From the NCBI GenBank assembly GCA_951406725.2, contig OX597826.1, positions 49,910,001 to 49,974,000 on the forward strand: a stretch of DNA of 64,000 bases, written 5' to 3'. The stretch comes from Octopus vulgaris (lineage: Eukaryota). Numbering within the stretch: the first letter of the stretch is position 1; every line of letters begins with the position of its first letter. Shown piece after piece: positions 56,639 through 64,000 of this stretch. Below the pieces are notes generated by a model. The model had not been told where the DNA came from and ran no database searches. It saw nothing but the letters and a program-made list of their open reading frames with translations. The translations under genes were made by a program, and so were the position numbers.

Positions 56639-56715
56639 TTGTGTGTGTGCATGTATGTTTGTGTGCGTACACGTGCACGCACACACATAATTGTACGTTT
56701 GTGTGCTACTTGTAG

Positions 56716-56791
56716 TGAAAGAAAAAGAAAGACAAAGAGAAAGAAAGAAAGAAAAAGAAAGAAAGAAAGAAAGAAAGTAAAAAAAGAAAGT

Positions 56792-56875
<84 letters not shown>

Positions 56876-56901
56876 AATGAAGAAAGAAAGAAAGAAAGGA
56901 A

Positions 56902-56967
<66 letters not shown>

Positions 56968-56975
56968 GGAAAGGA
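56716..56975. repeat. (GAAA)n microsatellite; representative of dozens of long (TA)n, (TG)n, (TATG)n, (AGAT)n, (CT)n and (ATT)n tracts
   Basis: Direct observation, e.g. (TA)n 11500-11693, (TG)n 37643-37748, (ATT)n 57630-57750, (AGAT)n 4060-4165. Confidence 0.98.
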
Positions 56976-57176
56976 AAAACGCAAGTAAAACACAAAGAAT
57001 GTGGAACTATCAACAACCATTAAACCTGTTGCCTTGGAAATTGATAACTTTTGTCGGTAAGCTGTATTTTGGTTGAAGTCAGTGAGTGCGATATTGGCGG
57101 GAAGCTGAGCTAGTAGGATCGGCCGACAGTTAACCCTAAGGCTTGGAAACAGACGCACTCTCCCCGCTCCTCCTCC

Positions 57177-57235
<59 letters not shown>

Positions 57236-57629
57236 TCTCTTTCTTGTGTTCTAAGTTTACATTTACCGGAACTACACTTGGTGAATAGCGGAGAGGGAAT
57301 TACGTACAAGAATGCCACGTTTAAAGATAATCGCTCGAAGCCAACATTGGCATTGGATGCGGTGCTTTGTTTGGTCGCTTTTAATCTACGTAACCAGTCT
57401 AAGAATTTTTTTTCCCAGCATGCAACAATAAATCTGTGGGTTTTTTATTTCTTGACGTAATAAATTATATATATTTCTTATTAATTTATGAATTTCGTCA
57501 ATAAATTCTTCTCGTTAATTTGGGTTTTTTTTAAACAAAGAATTTCTTCTTTATATTCTTCAAATATATTTCTTAATCATCGTCATCATCATCATCATCA
57601 TCATCGTTGTCGTTGTTGTTTTGGATTTA

Positions 57630-57751
<122 letters not shown>

Positions 57752-57840
57752 CACCATCATTATTATTTCTGACTAATCGGAAAAGGAGCGTCACAACGTC
57801 AACGACTTTATTTATCAAGCAATCCATAATCACGTAATCA

Positions 57841-57901
<61 letters not shown>

Positions 57902-57934
57902 CTGTATCTCTCCGTCTCCTTCTTTATATCGTAC

Positions 57935-57991
<57 letters not shown>

Positions 57992-58259
57992 AATAAATAA
58001 ATAAAACATATGCATATATACATACATATATGTACGTACCTACCTCTACATGTATATATACATGTATATATGGGTACAGGACAGCAAAAAAACGTCGAAC
58101 ACAATGAGAAACGAAAACATAAACACAAAACCGAGGAAATGGACATTTTTTTTTAAACAACGAAAAAAATAGAGTACGGACATACAAACAAGGAAAATTC
58201 CCCTTCTTCAGTCGCCTTAATTTCATCTACTCCACGTTTCGAAGGTCAGGCGACCTTCG

Positions 58260-58322
<63 letters not shown>

Positions 58323-58981
58323 TATCCAAATAAGAAAACAGAAAAACAGAAAAAAAGAGAAAAAAAAATACAGCAACGCAGGACGTGGAACAATTAAAGT
58401 ATTATTGACGCTCAGGAAAGAAGGGAAGGAGGGTTTAACGTTTCGAGCGGAGCTCTTCGTCGGAAACAAGTATATATATATATGTATGTATATGTATGTA
58501 TGCATGCTCACAGTAAAATGAATGAAAGAGGCAAAAGAATAAAAGAACAGAATACATTAATATGCATTCTATTATACATATAATAGACTACATATATGTG
58601 TGTGTGTGTATATACACGTATGCATATATGTATATATGTGCGTTCCGTGTTTTTTCCGTCCTTGTTTTCGTATACATTCGATGCTTTCATGCAAGGAATC
58701 TTATGCTCTTAGCTCAGTTTTTCCTTGCAGCTGGCCAGATTGGAGCAATCTCGAGTATAACCAGCCGAAATTGCAAAGATAATCTGGAACTCGACAGGGG
58801 AAAGAAAATTCTGAATGACCCGTCCTTGTTTTCTTTGTATTGTCTATCTGGATGTTTTGTTGTCCTTTTCATGTATAACTTGACTGTCTGGATGCTTTGC
58901 GTTCGTGTCCCATTTTGTATTTTTCACATATAAAATATATACATACGTATATGTATATATATATATACATATATACATATA

Positions 58982-59068
<87 letters not shown>

Positions 59069-59252
59069 ATTAGGGCTTAGTAAAATAAATTACTTTGCCA
59101 CATACTGAACTTAGTAGAAATAGCAGCCAAAAAAAAATTTTTTCTTAGCATTTCTACTACTTAAAGAAAATTTCTCTCAGATAATGTTTACTCCAGACAG
59201 CTCACGAAGGTTTGGAGGTAAATACAGAAAAATATCACAAGTACATAGATCG

Positions 59253-59315
59253 TTTGAGTACGTCAACGTTTCAAGATTAGCCAAATAAAATCAGCATTTC
59301 TTTCGTCAGCTCAAA
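59253..59315 (-). ncRNA. Intact type I hammerhead ribozyme
   Basis: TTTGAG-CTGACGA-AAGA[..]TCTT-GAAA-CG-TTGA-CG-TA-CTCAAA: all core nucleotides present and three paired stems. Confidence 0.85.
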
Positions 59316-59447
59316 ATTTCTTAATTTGGATTTATTTTACTAAGCCCTAATTATATAATGTAATATTTTGAATTCGCCTTAAATGGTCCTTTTACATACT
59401 GAACACTTGGTGAAATTGATTAATTAATTAATTTTACCCTCAATTGT

Positions 59448-59508
<61 letters not shown>

Positions 59509-60155
59509 TATATACCTAAATACACATATACTGTATTCCGTTATGTACCCTAGTATTTCCTAAAAAAAAACTTCTTTCTGTATAGACAATATCAAATTAT
59601 TTATTTGTAAACAACAATTGTAAATGTATATGTTTGTGAGAGAAAGATTAAAGAGTATACGTGGATGTTTTTACCTGAATGTGTGCATGCACATATACAC
59701 AAGCATATATATCATACACCCATGTGTTGAATAACCGCATCATTCTGTGTGTGTGCGTGTGTATGTGTGTTTGCATTATATCATATTATATTATATATAT
59801 ATATATATCGCATACACACAAACACACACATACACACTCATACAAACACACGTACACGCGTATATACACACATACATACATACATACATACATACATACA
59901 TACATACATACATACATACATACATACACACATACATACTCACATACAAATTAGGAGAGAAAGAATAACAGCTTTGATTGGCCGCCAGTAACATGAAGTT
60001 GGATATCAAAACAAAGAAAGATTAATACGAAATACAGTACAAGAGAAATTCTTGATTTATCAAAATTGATTTCGTTCAGAGGGGTAGTAAAGAAACACCT
60101 AGCGGCGAATGTAACCGGCGCCAATTGAGAAGGAGAGAAAATCTCAAGTAATCTC

Positions 60156-61425
60156 TTGAGTCACCCGATAAATAATGCAGTTTTTTCAGTTGCAGGAACT
60201 AAAAGTCGGAGAGAGACAGGATAAACTACCTGCATCAATTTGCTATAAAAAGAGGTAGTAATTTTACCTTCTCCTTATTCTTAGTGCAAATTTTGAAGAG
60301 TGCAGTTCGATTTTAACAGATATTTTTTTCAAAGCTATAATGGAAGTAACGAAGGAGCATATTCGACATATTTTGCTTTATAAGTTCAATAAAGGCAACA
60401 ACGCAACGGAAAGTGCGAGGAATATTAATGCAGTATATAGGGATCAGACAATAAACGTAATCCAGTGTCTTCCAGAAATTCCGAGCCGGAAACTACAGCC
60501 TAGAAGACGAGCCTCATCCTGGAAGGTGTGTAGAGATCGACGAGGACGTTCTGCAAATCTTGGTGGTACAAAATTCCATCGTGACTGTTAAGGAACTAGC
60601 AGAGAAGCTTGGCTTTGGTCATTCAACTATTCGACACCTGGAAAAGTCAGCAGACTGGGTCAGTGGGTACCTCACAAACTTTCCGAGTCTAATCATGCGC
60701 AGAGAGTGAATGTGTGCTATTCTTTGCTGTCATGTCTCATGAATGAACCCTTTTTGGATGGAATAGTGACTAGTAACGAGAAAAGGGCTCTCTATAAAAA
60801 TATCAAGTGCCGAAGATATTGGGTAAGGAAAGGAGAAGCACAGGCACACCAGGCCAAAGAAGGTCTTCACCCACGTAAGGTGTTGTTCTTTATTTGGTGG
60901 GACATGAAAGGTTTAGTCCACTTTGAACTTTTAAACTCAAACCAAACGATAACAAAGAGATCTACTGCGAGCATCTTTAGCGGCCTAAGTCAGCGCTAGA
61001 AGAAAAACGACTATCTTTGATTTCAAGACGAAAGGTGGTCTTCCATCAGGATTAATGCTCGGCCACATCCAGCTAGGATGACATTCCAAAGGTTGGAGCA
61101 GTTTAAATTGGAAACGATACACCACCCACCATATTCGCCGGACATTACCCCATCTGAATATCTTTTATTCCGTCCATAGTCTTCAAAATCATTTGGACAG
61201 GAAAATATGAATTCTGTTGACGAGGTTAGAACAGAAGTGGAGGACTATTTTCCGTCATGGACAAGTGAATTTTGGAAGAGGAGGCCATGCAATTCTACCG
61301 GATAGACGGAAGGGCATTGTAGAAAATGAAGGAGAGTATATTTTAGATTAAAAAAGAACTTTATCCTAATTTTGAAAAATAAAAGAAGTATTAAAAAAAA
61401 CCGCATTACTTATGGGATGACTCAA
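60156..61425 (+). mobile_element. Full-length decayed mariner (DD34D) transposon; transposase pseudogene 60340 to about 61351
   Basis: About 30-bp TIRs TTGAGTCACCCGATAAATAATGCAG / CCGCATTACTTATGGGATGACTCAA with TA on the right; MEVTKEHIRHILLYKF, WVPHKL, FLDGIVTSNEK, HPRKV, HQD/ARPH, HPPYSPDITPSEY and GEYILD*; several frameshifts. Confidence 0.95.
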
Positions 61426-61569
61426 TACAATCAAATTTTTCAATCAACATGCTTCGACGAGGAGACAATCGGAATGGTTCTTTTTTTTTCTCTCTCTCTG
61501 AAGACAAAATTAGAAATATATTATCATCATCCTTATTCATTATTAACGAAGCTATTAATAATTTAACAA

Positions 61570-61740
61570 TAAGTCTCGATTCCAATATTCTCCAGTCTCT
61601 CGGCAGTTTCGTTGTTGTGTCTGGTGCACCAACTGCCACAGAGAATTGTCACCTTAATTTTCTATTATCTCTTCATCTTAAGTCTTGATATTTCTCAATT
61701 TTCTTAATTACTCTGGTATCTATTTGCTATTATCCACCAT
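61570..61740 (-). pseudogene. Old R4-type RLE LINE fragment
   Basis: DTRVIKKIEKYQDL...VAVGAPDT...LENIGIE resembles EKIEKYQDL...VVVGALGT. Confidence 0.55.
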
Positions 61741-62425
61741 CGCAGCCACTAATACGAAGTCAAACCTCTTTTCTTATGAAACAGAAACAGAAACCACGTC
61801 ACAAAGGACAACACACACTAGTCTGAAAGTAATAATGAAAGGCTTAACGTACCAAGAAAGGAAGGAGGAAGAAGATTGCTAAACGCAGGAGATACCATCA
61901 AGTAATGCGAAACCGGGTTTGAAAAGCTTACGTACATAGTGAAGAAAGAATAATGTCTGTGGTTAGAAATATCAAAAAAGTTATCGAAACTAGAATTCAG
62001 GAAGAGAAAAAAGAACATCAAAAAAAATAGTTGGAAAGAAGAAATAACATGGTCAATTATTATTATTGTTATTCTTCTTTGTATTGAGCCGGCGGGCTGA
62101 CAGAATCGTAAGCACGCCACACAAAATCCTGAGAAACACTACTTCTGAGTTCAAATTTCGCTGAAGTCGACTTTGCCTTTTATCCTTACGAGATAAATAA
62201 AGTCCCAGTTTAACACTGGGGCCGATATATTGACAAACCCCTTTTCTCAAAATTTCAGGCCTTGTGGCTATAATAAAATGAATTATTATTATTATTTTGT
62301 TAGTCTTGTTTACACGTAAAACCCTCACAACAAACTCACACACATACATACACATTCTTTTGTTTTGTCCTGTACTGTCCATAATGTTTTCCTTAATGTA
62401 AACTCTTATGGTTAATAAAGGAGTC

Positions 62426-62496
<71 letters not shown>

Positions 62497-62497
<1 letters not shown>

Positions 62498-63053
62498 GAG
62501 TGAGGGAGCAGTGCATGCCATCAAAGTGACACTGGGGTAAAATATACGAAGCCCAATATACCCATCATGACTACCCGTCTGATAAGGGTACACCAGGCAC
62601 ATGCATCACAACCATATGTGCGCGACATTGATGATATCATATCAAGATAAACAGCACATGACCTTGCAGGTGGGGCCCAGTTAGAATTTTCTTCAGGTTG
62701 AGTAGCCCATACCGCTCAAACGGTCCCTGAATAAGGGTTGTTTAAGGATGTTGAAAGAACCACCCATGTTTCCAGAGGTGAACTATTCAAACCCCAAATA
62801 ATCCCTCTCAACACATGGCTATGATGCTCCCCCACTACTTCTGCTCGTGATCAGAGATGCACATATCGTCAGCCACTAAGGGACATGCTCAACTGGTTAA
62901 GGTCAAATAACTGACAAGCAAATCTGTGGTATTGAGCAGAATATTTGCTGTAGCCCATCTTTTATACCAAGACAAAACAATGTACATGATAACACTTCCA
63001 ATGAGATAAGATCAGAAACCATGAGAGCTACTGTCTGGTACTGCATCAGGGCA
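62497..63053 (-). mobile_element. 557-bp non-coding element embedded in (TAA)n, copy 2
   Basis: Same length and ends as 20164-20720; (ATT)n on both sides. Confidence 0.85.
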
Positions 63054-63062
63054 GTTATTATG

Positions 63063-63112
<50 letters not shown>

Positions 63113-63125
63113 CGTTATTATTATT

Positions 63126-63346
63126 CCTTCGTAATACAGTGTAGGTAAAAATGCACCGGAGTCTTTAGTCATCTGTCAAGTCACAACAAGGACCTCAGAC
63201 AAATAATACTTTCGTTAAGATATGCGCCGTGCCCAACAAGGCTGCTTTTTGTAAGACATCAATCTTCCATGGGATTTCCAGCTACCTTAAGAAGTCTTGA
63301 AGTTTCAATGGGATTGAGCCCAACGCACCGATCATCACTAGTATCT
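63126..63346 (-). pseudogene. R4/Dong-like LINE 3' end in (TAA)n
   Basis: MIGALGSIPLKLQDFLR*LEIPWKIDVLQKAALLGTAHILTKVLFV*, then a short 3' UTR running into (TAA)n. Confidence 0.85.
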
Positions 63347-63732
63347 TATTATTATTATTGTTGTTGTTGTTGTTATGGCGAGCTGGCAGAATCGTCAGCA
63401 CCTTGGACAAAATACTTAACGGCATTTCGTTTTGCTTTATGTTCTGAGCTCAAATTCCGCCGAAAACGACTTTGTCACCACCCCCCTTTCTCTGTTCCTT
63501 ACACAGACATATGTTTGCATGTACGTTTAAGTGTAGATATGTACGGATAGACGGATAGAGGGAGGGGGAAGTGATCGATTTGCGGGGCACTATGAAAGGA
63601 AACAAGAACGGGGGTGGGGTCAATCGATTAGATCTCTCCCATAAAGCTTCAGGTCTTGTGCCTACGCAAAACACTCACTTATATATACACACACATTCTT
63701 TGTGGTTAATAAAGAAACCATTATTATTATTA

Positions 63733-63775
<43 letters not shown>

Positions 63776-64000
63776 GTTATTATTGCGGAAATCTTATACA
63801 TTTGTTTATTGAAGTATTGTAGTATGATTTATTTGACATTTCAGGAACAGGTGAAAATAGATTTGAGCTAAACATCTGAATTAAGTGTCCAGGTGCTACT
63901 ACAGGTGTTGTAATAATGTTACGGCATTGATAGTCGTGTTCTTCTATATTTCAACAAAGCTTTATTTTGTTACACTTGATCAATCAACAGGGCTGTTAGA

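Noticed and set aside
60340-60999. Active transposase or SETMAR-like gene
   Set aside because: Multiple frameshifts, altered catalytic residues and no SET domain

Overview
Eukaryotic, extremely microsatellite-rich intergenic/intronic DNA. The SINE families and repeat density look like an Octopus genome; this is inferred from recall, not from a search. No complete host gene is supported and nearly all listed ORFs are microsatellite artefacts. The window is a mosaic of tRNA-derived SINEs (a Meta-domain-like family and two CORE-type families), decayed DNA transposons (a full-length DD34D mariner, a DD37D maT fragment, MITEs, and a non-autonomous Helitron nested in a mariner remnant), R4/Dong-type RLE LINE fragments with a (TAA)n-embedded 557-bp element, and Penelope-like (PLE) RT, GIY-YIG and pLTR fragments. 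The most notable signal is a high density of hammerhead-ribozyme motifs in short elements that mostly sit beside (TA)n and often fold back. These include one fully intact type I hammerhead (59253-59315, minus), a 184-nt tandem retrozyme-like dimer with covarying stems (49126-49487), two multi-copy families with non-canonical cores, and a four-copy motif with the hammerhead core in permuted order and a fixed 16-nt spacer. All alignments and foldings were done by eye.
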